Shown: piece after piece, positions 40,488-48,630 of the stretch
How positions within the stretch are numbered: the stretch's first letter is position 1
Layout: the number at the start of each line of letters is the position of its first letter
NCBI GenBank assembly: GCA_043798985.1
Contig: JAZDOE010000001.1
Span: forward strand, 309-64,308
From: Candidatus Falkowbacteria bacterium
Lineage (GTDB): Bacteria > Patescibacteriota > Patescibacteriia > UBA11705 > JACRDX01
Length of the DNA stretch: 64,000 nt
Direction of reading: 5' to 3'
The notes under the pieces: model-generated
What the model was told of the DNA's origin: nothing
The model's input: only the letters and a program-made list of their open reading frames with translations
Database searches by the model: none
Position numbers and translations under genes: made by a program

Positions 40488-41306
40488 ATGAGTAGAACAA
40501 CCTCGCAGGACTCGGGTTTCCCGGGATGGTATGTCACGTTTCAGACCGCTGCGTTGAATCAACTGCCGCGTCCGCCAGAGCTGGATCAGGTGACAGCAGA
40601 AGGGTGGATCAAGAACCAAGGCGCGCTGAAAAAGGTGCTTGCCGAAGATTTGCTGCCGCCAACGCTGAAGAAGACGATGGCGGAGCGGGTGGGGGGCGAG
40701 CTGGCAAGTGAAATTCTGGGCAAGGATTTCATCAACGCGGCAGAGATTGAGGCGGCGTTTAGGATGAAGTACGAGGCAGAACAGCTGGCAATGCTGGAAG
40801 ATTCGATGCCGTCGGAAGAAGTCCTGCGGTGGATGGCGGCAAACGAGTACATGCTCGTGGCGAAGCCACCGACAGAAATGTCGTTGCTGGATGTTCGGGC
40901 GGAGAAGCGTGAGCTGTTTTACAGCAAGACCGATGACGGATGGTATTGCAAGCAGGAGCAGACGTTTGCGCGCGATGACAAGACCAGCGCAGGGTGGCTT
41001 GCACTGCGCAAGACAATAGTGCCGAATTCGCAGAGCAAGACATGGGAAGAGCAGCAGAAGCTGCTGACCAAGGACGAGAGAGTGCCGAACGCGGCAGAGG
41101 TAGCGTGGGGAGTGATTGCGTACAAGGCGGTGAGAAACGTGTTTCTCTTGCCCACGATGTACGCGCGGACAAGTTCCGTGTCTGCCCTTGGTTTTCATGT
41201 GGATGTCGGTGGTTTTGTTGTTGCCGGCTTAGATGTCTGCGTCTGGTTTGACTGTTACGTTGGTCGCCTCGGCTTGGCGGGCGCGCGCCTGCCTACCGTC
41301 AGGTAG
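40488..41306 (+). CDS. DGR target-like protein (C-terminal variable region, putative C-type lectin-like fold)
   Basis: C-terminus RTSS...G.HV.VG.F...GL.V..W.D......LGLAGAR resembles CPR DGR variable proteins; 3' coding segment is A-depleted and NNY-coded. Confidence 0.75.
   Translation: MSRTTSQDSGFPGWYVTFQTAALNQLPRPPELDQVTAEGWIKNQGALKKVLAEDLLPPTLKKTMAERVGGELASEILGKDFINAAEIEAAFRMKYEAEQLAMLEDSMPSEEVLRWMAANEYMLVAKPPTEMSLLDVRAEKRELFYSKTDDGWYCKQEQTFARDDKTSAGWLALRKTIVPNSQSKTWEEQQKLLTKDERVPNAAEVAWGVIAYKAVRNVFLLPTMYARTSSVSALGFHVDVGGFVVAGLDVCVWFDCYVGRLGLAGARLPTVR
41173..41287 (+). other. Putative DGR variable repeat (VR)
   Basis: Only 6 A in 115 nt; 27 of 30 consecutive codons end in C/T, while the upstream gene is A-rich with many G-ending codons. 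Confidence 0.7.
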
Positions 41307-41307
41307 G
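41288..41307. repeat. Family D palindrome inserted into the 3' end of the DGR target-like gene
   Basis: CCTGCCTACCGTCAGGTAGG; removing it restores GCG-CGG-AAG-TTC-TAG (ARKF*). Confidence 0.8.
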
Positions 41308-41353
41308 GAAGTTCTAGTTTCTACTTGACTTTTTGAGTTTTTTGATGCTTTGT

Positions 41354-41385
41354 GGGTATTCGCAACGCGGATACTCCTTTTTTTT
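41354..41385 (+). terminator. Hairpin downstream of VR (terminator and/or DGR homing hairpin)
   Basis: GGGTATTCGC-aac-GCGGATACTC followed by a T-run. Confidence 0.65.
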
Positions 41386-41422
41386 GATTTTGTGGTATAA
41401 TAAAACAAACTAAAAAACAAAT

Positions 41423-42436
41423 ATGAAAAAGTTTTATCGTTTAGTTTTGGGTCGCGCGTTGTGGATCGTCTGGCAATATAAGTGGCTGTGGCCATTGGGC
41501 TTGGCCGCGGTTTTTGTTTCAGCTGGAAGCATCTATGATTTTTTGCTACGAATTTTTGACAATTTACTTTCAGGCGTGTCGCCTGTTTTCAGCGTAATGG
41601 AATATTGGAGTACCAACTTGTTTAGTTGGATGAGCTTGTTAAGCGTGAGCGCGTGGTTGGGCGGGACTGGCCCATTGTGGATGGAAATTTTGATGGGATT
41701 TTTGGTCATTGTTTGTTTGCTGGTAGTTTTGGTTTTGGCAATTATCTGCCAAGTGGGTTTGATCAAAAGCGTCATTTCGTTGGACAAAGCAAAGCGAATC
41801 ACGCCAAATCAAGCGATTCAATCTGGCGTCAAATTGTTTTGGCCGGCATTAAAATTCAATATTTTGTCCAAAGTATTTTTGATCGCGTTGCTGTTTGGTT
41901 TTTCGTGGATGATCAGTTTGGTTGTGTTGGATAATTCATTGTTAAGTCTCGCGATGTATGCCGCGGCATTTGTCGTTTTGGTAATCGCGGTCATAGTCGT
42001 GCATTTCATTACAGTTTTTGGAATCGCCAGTTTGGTTTTAAAAAAGACCGACGTTGTTCACGCGGTCAAAAACGCGTTTCGGTTGTTTTCAAAAAATATC
42101 GTGCTGAACTTGGAAATGGGGTTGATACTTTTTTGTATAAATGTTGTCGTGGGAATGGCAGGCATTATCGCGATAATTGTGGTTGAGGCGCCATTGATTT
42201 TGGTTTATATGTTGGCAACGTTGTTGTCTTGGAATTTGTTGGCGCTAATATTTTCAGCTTTAATGTTAATCGTGTTTGTGTGCGTTTTGCTTGTTTTGGT
42301 CGCATGGTTGTCAACGTTCCAGCTTGCGTCGTGGGTGATTTTGTTTGACGAGTTAGAGGCAAATCGCGGTGAGGCAAAAGTTTCGCGGCTGACCGCGCAC
42401 TTAATCAAACGGCTGATTGGTAGGAAAAAGAAATAA
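41423..42436 (+). CDS. Polytopic membrane protein (CPR-conserved type)
   Basis: About 7-8 TM helices; starts Y..VLGRALWIVWQYKWLW.LG. Confidence 0.75.
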   Translation: MKKFYRLVLGRALWIVWQYKWLWPLGLAAVFVSAGSIYDFLLRIFDNLLSGVSPVFSVMEYWSTNLFSWMSLLSVSAWLGGTGPLWMEILMGFLVIVCLLVVLVLAIICQVGLIKSVISLDKAKRITPNQAIQSGVKLFWPALKFNILSKVFLIALLFGFSWMISLVVLDNSLLSLAMYAAAFVVLVIAVIVVHFITVFGIASLVLKKTDVVHAVKNAFRLFSKNIVLNLEMGLILFCINVVVGMAGIIAIIVVEAPLILVYMLATLLSWNLLALIFSALMLIVFVCVLLVLVAWLSTFQLASWVILFDELEANRGEAKVSRLTAHLIKRLIGRKKK

Positions 42437-42446
42437 GGTTGCTCGT

Positions 42447-42570
42447 TGTCATTCCGAATCCGCCCGGGGCGGATGAGGAATCCCTTCGCAAATGCCTTTA
42501 CAAGGGATTTCTCCCCCGCTCGCCTCGCTATCGCTTGTGCGAAGCGGGCTAAAGCAGGGTCGAAATGACA
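42447..42570. mobile_element. Family A REP-doublet/MITE-like element, second copy
   Basis: TGTCATTCCGAA...GAGGAATCCCTTCGCAAATGC...ACAAGGGATTTCTCCCCC...GGGTCGAAATGACA is the reverse-complement scaffold of 17187-17297. Confidence 0.85.
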
Positions 42571-43398
42571 TCAGCGCAGACTTTTTAACAGCTTAAGCGT
42601 TTGCTTGTAAGACATTTTTTCTGCCGGAGTTTCTATGATTCCGGCGATTTTTTTTAGTTTTGGATGGTTGATCAAGGCTTTGAACGCAGCAAGCCCAATT
42701 GTTCCTTTGCCAATATCTTCATGCCGATCTTTTCGCGAACCAAGCTCTGCTTTCGCGTCGTTCAGATGTAAAATTTTCAGTTTGTTTAATCCGATCGTGT
42801 TGTTAAATTGTTTTAACGTTTTATTTAACGCGGCGCTCGTTCGTAAATCATAGCCAGAAACAAACGCGTGACAAGTGTCCATGCAAACGCCGACGTTTTT
42901 GTTTTTTAGATTTTTAATAATGTAGCCGATTTCATCAAAAGCATCTCCAATAATTTTGCCGGCGCCGGCGGAATTTTCCAAAAGCAATTGAGGCGCGCCA
43001 GAATAGCCATCCAAGATTTGATTGAGAGATTTTATCGCAAGTTGGCGCGCTTGCATTTCCGTTTGCTCGCCGGCGCTGCCAATGTGTGTGATTACGTACG
43101 CCACGCCAAGTTTGTTCGCGATGTCCAATTCGCTTTTTATTGAAGCAATGGACGCGTGGCGGATTTTATTATTTATTGAAGCGAGGTTTATGTAATACGC
43201 GCTGTGAATGCAAACAGTTGAAAACCGAAAGCGCGCGCAATTTTGTTTGAACGCGTCAATTGATTTTTTTGTGTAGGTTGGTTTGCCACCGCGCGGTGAA
43301 CGCGAAAACATTTGAAAAACTTCGCAACCAAGTTGCGCGGCGCCTAAGGGCGCGTTTTGTATTCCGCCGGCGATGGAAACGTGAGAACCAAATAGCAT
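42571..43398 (-). CDS. nfo: Endonuclease IV
   Basis: GSHVSIAGG, HSAYYINLAS, LLENSAG, CMDTCHAF, HLND and DRHEDIGKG. Confidence 0.95.
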   Translation of the reverse strand: MLFGSHVSIAGGIQNAPLGAAQLGCEVFQMFSRSPRGGKPTYTKKSIDAFKQNCARFRFSTVCIHSAYYINLASINNKIRHASIASIKSELDIANKLGVAYVITHIGSAGEQTEMQARQLAIKSLNQILDGYSGAPQLLLENSAGAGKIIGDAFDEIGYIIKNLKNKNVGVCMDTCHAFVSGYDLRTSAALNKTLKQFNNTIGLNKLKILHLNDAKAELGSRKDRHEDIGKGTIGLAAFKALINHPKLKKIAGIIETPAEKMSYKQTLKLLKSLR

Positions 43399-43402
43399 AG
43401 TT

Positions 43403-43512
43403 TAGAAAATTAGAATATCGAAATCCGAAACAAATTCGAAATTCGAATGTTTCAGACATTGGCAATTTCGTGCTTCGTGCTTGTTTAGGATTTCGGATTT
43501 CGTATTTCGAAT
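43403..43512. repeat. Inverted pair of heptamer arrays (CGAAATN / NATTTCG), empty site
   Basis: AATATCGAAATCCGAAACAAATTCGAAATTCGAA faces TTTCGTGCTTCGTGCTTGTTTAGGATTTCGGATTTCGTATTTCGAATTT; supplies the KFEIRNPKS* tail of the methyltransferase. Confidence 0.8.
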
Positions 43513-44684
43513 TTTATTTTATGGATGTTTCTAATTACATGTTGCCCCGGCCTAGAATATTGCCAAGAGCCAACGATTTTAAGATTTGTTTGCGCGAGAA
43601 TCTTTTCAAGGTTAAGATTGAATGTTTGTTGTTTAATGTTAAAAGACGGGACAATGATAACGAGCGTGCCTGTTTTTTTCAAAACAACTGCCAGTTGTTC
43701 AAGGATTTCCGCGTAAAAAATTTCAAGTTCGCTGACCTGTTGTTTTATGACGTTCAACGGTTCATTGCCCCAAAGCGGTTTGCCTAAAAATGGTTCTGTC
43801 ACAATCACGTCAATGGAATTTTTCGCGACTTCATTGCTCAATATTCTGGCGTCCAGTTGGGCTATTTCAATATTGAATTGTTTGTTGGTTTGCTGTTCTA
43901 TCCATGCGATATTTTTGCGAGAATCTTCAACTGCTTTTGCTGAAAAATCAGAGCCGAGAATTTTTTTAAAACCAAGTAGCGCCGCTTGTTGTAAAATTGT
44001 TCCGGAGCCGCAGAATGGATCCAAGATTGTTGCGGTTTGTTTTGCTTCGCTTAAATTTAACATTATTGTCGCGACTTTTGGCGGCAACATACCTGATTCA
44101 GCGTCTTTGTTCGGTCTGTCGTAGTCAAATTTGGAGAACTTTTCAAATGGCTGGACTGCCAATGTGCGGCCAATTACAAGGGATTTCTCCCCCGCCAAGG
44201 CGGGGTCGAAATGACAGGTGCGTGCATCAGCCGAGAACAAATTAAATTCAGCGCCGGCGTCGGTTAAAAGTTTGTTTTTTTCGGTTGCAACGCTGGATAA
44301 ATATTTTTCGCCTTGTTGCGGATAAACAAATCTGCAGGGTTGTTCAATTTCTTTTTTAAGTTGTTTGCTCAAATTTATTGGTTTGTTTTTGCCGGTATAA
44401 TCATTGATGCCAAATATGATTTTTTTGTCCGTTTGCGGCAACAAAGACTTTATTGTTGCGCTAAGGTTGGTTGAGTCTGTTGTGCCAACAATTTCGCCGA
44501 TCTTAATTGTACCGCCTAAATGTTGAATCATTTGCTCCGCGTCTATTTTGGTTTTAAGGTCAAAAATAGCAAATTCTTTTGTTGATGCTAAACATTTCGC
44601 GATAATTTTGTCGCGTTTAAAAACTGCTTCTAATTCAGCAATGGATAATTCTGGTTGTCTGCCTAAAATAAAGAAATATTGCAT
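43485..44684 (-). CDS. THUMP/TRM11-like SAM-dependent RNA methyltransferase
   Basis: FILGRQPELSIAEL, GGTIKIG, GMLPPKVA, ILDPFCGSGT and IVTEPFLG. Confidence 0.85.
   Translation of the reverse strand: MQYFFILGRQPELSIAELEAVFKRDKIIAKCLASTKEFAIFDLKTKIDAEQMIQHLGGTIKIGEIVGTTDSTNLSATIKSLLPQTDKKIIFGINDYTGKNKPINLSKQLKKEIEQPCRFVYPQQGEKYLSSVATEKNKLLTDAGAEFNLFSADARTCHFDPALAGEKSLVIGRTLAVQPFEKFSKFDYDRPNKDAESGMLPPKVATIMLNLSEAKQTATILDPFCGSGTILQQAALLGFKKILGSDFSAKAVEDSRKNIAWIEQQTNKQFNIEIAQLDARILSNEVAKNSIDVIVTEPFLGKPLWGNEPLNVIKQQVSELEIFYAEILEQLAVVLKKTGTLVIIVPSFNIKQQTFNLNLEKILAQTNLKIVGSWQYSRPGQHVIRNIHKIKFEIRNPKS
44176..44216. repeat. Family A half-element in frame in the methyltransferase (CHFDPALAGEKSLV)
   Basis: ACAAGGGATTTCTCCCCCGCCAAGGCGGGGTCGAAATGACA. 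Confidence 0.9.
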
Positions 44685-44741
44685 ATATCGCATTTATTAT
44701 AATGGATGGACCGATTTTCAGCAAATTTTTGTTGGTTGCGT

Positions 44742-44769
44742 GTAGAGACGAGATATATCTCGTCTCTAC
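44742..44769. repeat. Family B perfect 28-bp palindrome
   Basis: GTAGAGACGAGATATATCTCGTCTCTAC. Confidence 0.9.
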
Positions 44770-44909
44770 CATATATAAACCATTTTTGTTTTGACGCAAA
44801 ATTGAGGGTTGTGGACAGGTAATACCCTCAAATTCGGTAGAGGGTAGATTATGATATTGTGGGGGGGGCATCAAAATGGCTAAATTTGGCTGGTTTTAAG
44901 GCAAGGCTA

Positions 44910-44986
44910 TTGACTTTTTCGCCAAGAGGGTGTATAATGTAATTATTGAAGTGATCGTTGAAGCAGTTTAACTCATAGCGGAGGTG
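44910..44986 (+). promoter_or_regulatory. Promoter, weak boxA-like motif and SD of orphan cassette
   Basis: TTGACT-17-TATAAT; GATCGTTGAA at 44953; GGAGGTG. Confidence 0.65.
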
Positions 44987-44990
44987 TGTC

Positions 44991-45455
44991 ATGGAGCAGA
45001 ACTACAACGACGAGATGGGACTGGACAAGGCGCTCGGATGCAAGCCGTCGAAGAACCACCGTGTGCTGGATCGGATCGCGAAGATCGTCGGCGCGCTGAT
45101 GTTGGCCGGAATCGTGTTGTTCCTCGGACTGACGGCGTTGCAGCTGGTTCGCGTGTACAACCTCAACGAGGACTCGATGGAGCTGACGCAGAGAGTGGAC
45201 GAGTTCACCAAGTGCGGCGAGTACGAGTCGTACAACAAGTGCATGGATCGGGCGATCGCGCGGAATCCGCAGAAGGCGAAGCGGATGTTCGCCAGCGTGC
45301 AGGATTTACTTGACCGGAGAGCCGAAGGCTTCTTCTGGCCGGCGAACGCGGACTACCAGGGAGCAAACGGCTGGCCAGTGACGAGCCTCCGCGTCAATCG
45401 GGAGCAGTTGAGTGCGTCGCTGGACAAGTGGCGCACTCAACCCGGCAACCTGTAG
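44991..45455 (+). CDS. Hypothetical membrane-anchored protein (high-GC orphan cassette)
   Basis: SD GGAGGTG; single TM; strong G/C third-position bias; terminator at 45487-45520. Confidence 0.75.
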   Translation: MEQNYNDEMGLDKALGCKPSKNHRVLDRIAKIVGALMLAGIVLFLGLTALQLVRVYNLNEDSMELTQRVDEFTKCGEYESYNKCMDRAIARNPQKAKRMFASVQDLLDRRAEGFFWPANADYQGANGWPVTSLRVNREQLSASLDKWRTQPGNL

Positions 45456-45486
45456 GCGAGCAGTCTCGCAACGAGCGTGGCGACAT

Positions 45487-45520
45487 GGGCGTTCAGAATC
45501 TTGAGCGCCCTGTTTTTTTT
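45487..45520 (+). terminator. Intrinsic terminator
   Basis: GGGCGTTCAG-aatc-TTGAGCGCCC followed by a T-run. Confidence 0.8.
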
Positions 45521-45537
45521 GCTACGAATGGCGGCTA

Positions 45538-45569
45538 CGTTGACGATAAAGCTAATTTGCGCTATCATT
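45538..45569 (+). repeat. 32-bp direct repeat, copy 1 (promoter TTGACG-17-TATCAT)
   Basis: CGTTGACGATAAAGCTAATTTGCGCTATCATT; 31/32 identical to 46523-46554. Confidence 0.9.
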
Positions 45570-45681
45570 ATGAACAAGAATAGCGACCGCACTCGAGCCT
45601 CGGTTTTCAATTGCTTTATATATTTTTTGGAGGTATACTTAATTTGTGTGCGTCGTTATTTTAGAAATTAATTTTATTTTT

Positions 45682-46458
45682 ATGGTTTCGTTTGAAGATC
45701 CAACATTGCAGTCAACAGGTGAAGCTAAATCCGTTCAAGACGAACAAAAGGGAAAAAAAGATGCGATTATTTCTCCGGAACGAGCGCTTGAAGAGTCGCG
45801 CGCATTTTATCAACGGCATAATTTTGCCGCGCTTTTGGACAAGATTCCCGAGAGCATTATTCTTTCTGATGAGGCCAGGAAAAAGATTGAGGAGGCGCAG
45901 AAGCAGGGGTTTGATCGTATGATGATTATGCCGGATATTGCGACGCAGAATGAGCAGACCAAAGAGATTGTAACTGGTTTGGTTACCGACAAACCGAGCT
46001 ATTATAATGCGCTAGATCAGCATAGTCGTGATTCTGAGAATTGGCATCAGCATTTACCCAAAAATCGTCCAGAGGGGAAACCTTATATGTTTCTTTATAA
46101 ATCCACAGGCGTAGAGCCAGAAACATTAGGCAAAACGCATCCTGAAGCGGAAGCATATTTGAAAGAGCATGGTTGGACAGGGCTTGCTTTGCAGGAGGCT
46201 TATTTGATTATGTATAAGGATAGAGAGGATAACCCAACTGCTTTTGCTAACAGGCTCGTGGAGTATGGCGAGAAATACGGTAGTTATTTGCTCGATGAGA
46301 GCGGGTATAGCCAGAAGTATATGACTGCGTGGTCTAAATTGGCGCCAGATCCCGATACTGGCGAGCGCGCACATGAATATCAATGGTCCAATTCTTTTGG
46401 TGGAAACAGAAGAGATGACCACGTCGGGACAAAAGCGTCAATAGTTATTGAATTATAG
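45682..46458 (+). CDS. Hypothetical protein, possibly distant C-type lectin-like fold
   Basis: ATG 45682; GKTHPEAE...GLALQEAY...SYLLD...NRRDDHVGTKASIV; terminator follows. Confidence 0.65.
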   Translation: MVSFEDPTLQSTGEAKSVQDEQKGKKDAIISPERALEESRAFYQRHNFAALLDKIPESIILSDEARKKIEEAQKQGFDRMMIMPDIATQNEQTKEIVTGLVTDKPSYYNALDQHSRDSENWHQHLPKNRPEGKPYMFLYKSTGVEPETLGKTHPEAEAYLKEHGWTGLALQEAYLIMYKDREDNPTAFANRLVEYGEKYGSYLLDESGYSQKYMTAWSKLAPDPDTGERAHEYQWSNSFGGNRRDDHVGTKASIVIEL

Positions 46459-46469
46459 TACAATCAGAG

Positions 46470-46506
46470 AATCACGTGACTTATTTATGAGTTCGCGTGA
46501 TTTTTT
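46470..46506 (+). terminator. Intrinsic terminator
   Basis: AATCACGTGACT/AGTTCGCGTGATT imperfect stem followed by a T-run. Confidence 0.7.
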
Positions 46507-46522
46507 ATATAGCGATGAGTCG

Positions 46523-46554
46523 CGTTGACGATGAAGCTAATTTGCGCTATCATT
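46523..46554 (+). promoter_or_regulatory. infB promoter and direct repeat copy 2 (probably leaderless transcript)
   Basis: TTGACG-17-TATCAT; -10 ends at 46553 and ATG starts at 46560. Confidence 0.75.
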
Positions 46555-46559
46555 GACAT

Positions 46560-48563
46560 ATGAATGTTTCAGAATTGGCTAGAAAATTAAGAACAACCAC
46601 AGATGAGCTTTTGGCAAAATTACCAGAGCTTGGTTTTGATATTGGTAAACGCGCGATTAAAGTTGATGACCGCGTTGCGAGTCGCATTGTTCAGGCGTGG
46701 AACAGCTATAAAATTCAGGAAGCGCAAAAGCAGGATTATCTGCGCGCCAAAGAACATCAGGCCGCTACCCGCGAGGGCGCGCAATTGAGCGGCGAAAAAG
46801 TTCAGATTCCGGCTGTTTTGAGTGTGCGCGAGCTTGCGGAAATTTTGAAAACGCCGGTTTCGCAGGTAATTGGGACATTAATGAAAAACGGCGTGATCGC
46901 GTCATTGAATCAGAAGATTGATTATGAGACAGCCGCGATTGTCGCCGAAGAAATGGGCTTTCCTGCTGAACAAACAACAGCTAATGCCGATGATCAGGTT
47001 TTTGTTAGTCAGATTGAAAAAATGGATAAAGTTTTAGCGGCCGATACTGGCAAGTTATCTCGGCCGCCGATAGTCGTTGTGATGGGACATGTTGATCATG
47101 GTAAAACAAAATTATTGGACGCGATTAGAAAAACGCACGTGATGGAAGGCGAAGCTGGCGGAATTACGCAGCACATTGGAGCATACCAAGTTGTTTGGAA
47201 AGATAAAAATAAGAATGAGCAGAAGATCAGCTTTATTGACACCCCGGGTCACGAGGCTTTTACTGCAATGCGGTCGCGCGGCGCTGAAGTTGCTGACATT
47301 GCGATTTTGGTTATCGCGGCCGACGATGGTGTTATGCCGCAGACTATTGAAGCAATTAAAATTGCGGAGGCCGCGAAATTGCCGATTATTGTCGCGATAA
47401 ACAAAATTGACAAACCAGGCGCTGATCCTGAAAAAATCAAGCGTGAATTGTCGCAGCAAAATTTAATCAGCGAAGACTGGGGCGGCAAAACAATAATGAT
47501 TCCAATCTCAGCAAAGCAAAATCAAAATATTGACGCTGTGCTGGACGCGATTTTGTTGGTTGCCGGGATGGAAGTAGCAACAATACAAGCCAATCCTGAT
47601 GGTAAAATAATGGCTTGTGTAATTGAGTCGCACATTGATAAGAATTCTGGTCCTGTTGCGACATTGCTGGTAAAAAATGGAACATTGCGAGTCGCTGATA
47701 TTTTGCATATAGATGGCGTTTTCGTTGGCAAAGTAAAAACACTGAAAGATTGGTTGGGCAAGGAGCTGAAAGAAGTCGAACCATCATGTCCAGCGCAGAT
47801 TTTGGGATTTAAAATCGCGCCAAAAGTTGGCGACATTGTTGAAGTTGCCGCTGAAATGGGAGACGTCACACGCGTGAAATTTAGAAAATCGGAAAAGCAA
47901 GAATCAGCCGGAGTTGATGAATCCAGTCAGACCGAAGACAAAGAAGGGGTGACAAAAGTGAATTTAATTTTGCGAGCCGACGTGCTTGGTTCGCTTGAAG
48001 CTATTGTTGAATCCCTGAAAAAATTAGAGCGTGAGGATTTGAAAATAAAAATTGTTAAGCAAGGGTTGGGAAATTTAACGGAAAATGACGTGGCATTGGC
48101 AGAGGCGAGCAAAGCGATTGTTTTTGGTTTTAATGTGCGATTCGGCAGAGGCGTTGAAGAGGCGTTAAAAGCCAAGAATATTACGGTTAAGCTTCACCGC
48201 ATCATTTACGATTTAATTGATGATGTTAAAGAAAAGATAAATGAGTTGGTAAAACCTGAAACTGTTCGTTTGGATTTGGGCAAGGTTGAAGTTTTGGTAA
48301 TATTTAAAAAGACAGCCGGGCAAATGGTAATTGGCGGCAAGGTTGTTGACGGCGAAATTGTGCAAGGCGCTAAAGCGGCTGTGTTGCGGCAGGGTAATTT
48401 TATCACAACCGGCGACATTGAAAAATTACAAGCAGCCAAACAAGACGTGACAAATTGCGTGCGCGGACAAGAGTGCGGAGTGCAATTCAGAGGTCAGCCA
48501 TTGATTGAAAAAGGTGATATTTTAGAGGTTTTTCGCGAAGAAGCCAAGAAACATGGGATATAA
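46560..48563 (+). CDS. infB: Translation initiation factor IF-2
   Basis: RPPIVVVMGHVDHGKT, EAGGITQHIGAY, DTPGHEAF and NKID. Confidence 0.98.
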   Translation: MNVSELARKLRTTTDELLAKLPELGFDIGKRAIKVDDRVASRIVQAWNSYKIQEAQKQDYLRAKEHQAATREGAQLSGEKVQIPAVLSVRELAEILKTPVSQVIGTLMKNGVIASLNQKIDYETAAIVAEEMGFPAEQTTANADDQVFVSQIEKMDKVLAADTGKLSRPPIVVVMGHVDHGKTKLLDAIRKTHVMEGEAGGITQHIGAYQVVWKDKNKNEQKISFIDTPGHEAFTAMRSRGAEVADIAILVIAADDGVMPQTIEAIKIAEAAKLPIIVAINKIDKPGADPEKIKRELSQQNLISEDWGGKTIMIPISAKQNQNIDAVLDAILLVAGMEVATIQANPDGKIMACVIESHIDKNSGPVATLLVKNGTLRVADILHIDGVFVGKVKTLKDWLGKELKEVEPSCPAQILGFKIAPKVGDIVEVAAEMGDVTRVKFRKSEKQESAGVDESSQTEDKEGVTKVNLILRADVLGSLEAIVESLKKLEREDLKIKIVKQGLGNLTENDVALAEASKAIVFGFNVRFGRGVEEALKAKNITVKLHRIIYDLIDDVKEKINELVKPETVRLDLGKVEVLVIFKKTAGQMVIGGKVVDGEIVQGAKAAVLRQGNFITTGDIEKLQAAKQDVTNCVRGQECGVQFRGQPLIEKGDILEVFREEAKKHGI

Positions 48564-48630
48564 GGTTGCGTTTTTCGATTGGAATTGCTATAATGTCAGT
48601 AGAATTTAAATTTAAATAACTTCAAACACT

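Noticed and set aside
40086-41198. 370-aa minus-strand ORF
   Set aside because: Antisense shadow of the GC-rich gene 40488-41306 and the ftsH end; implausible composition and no SD
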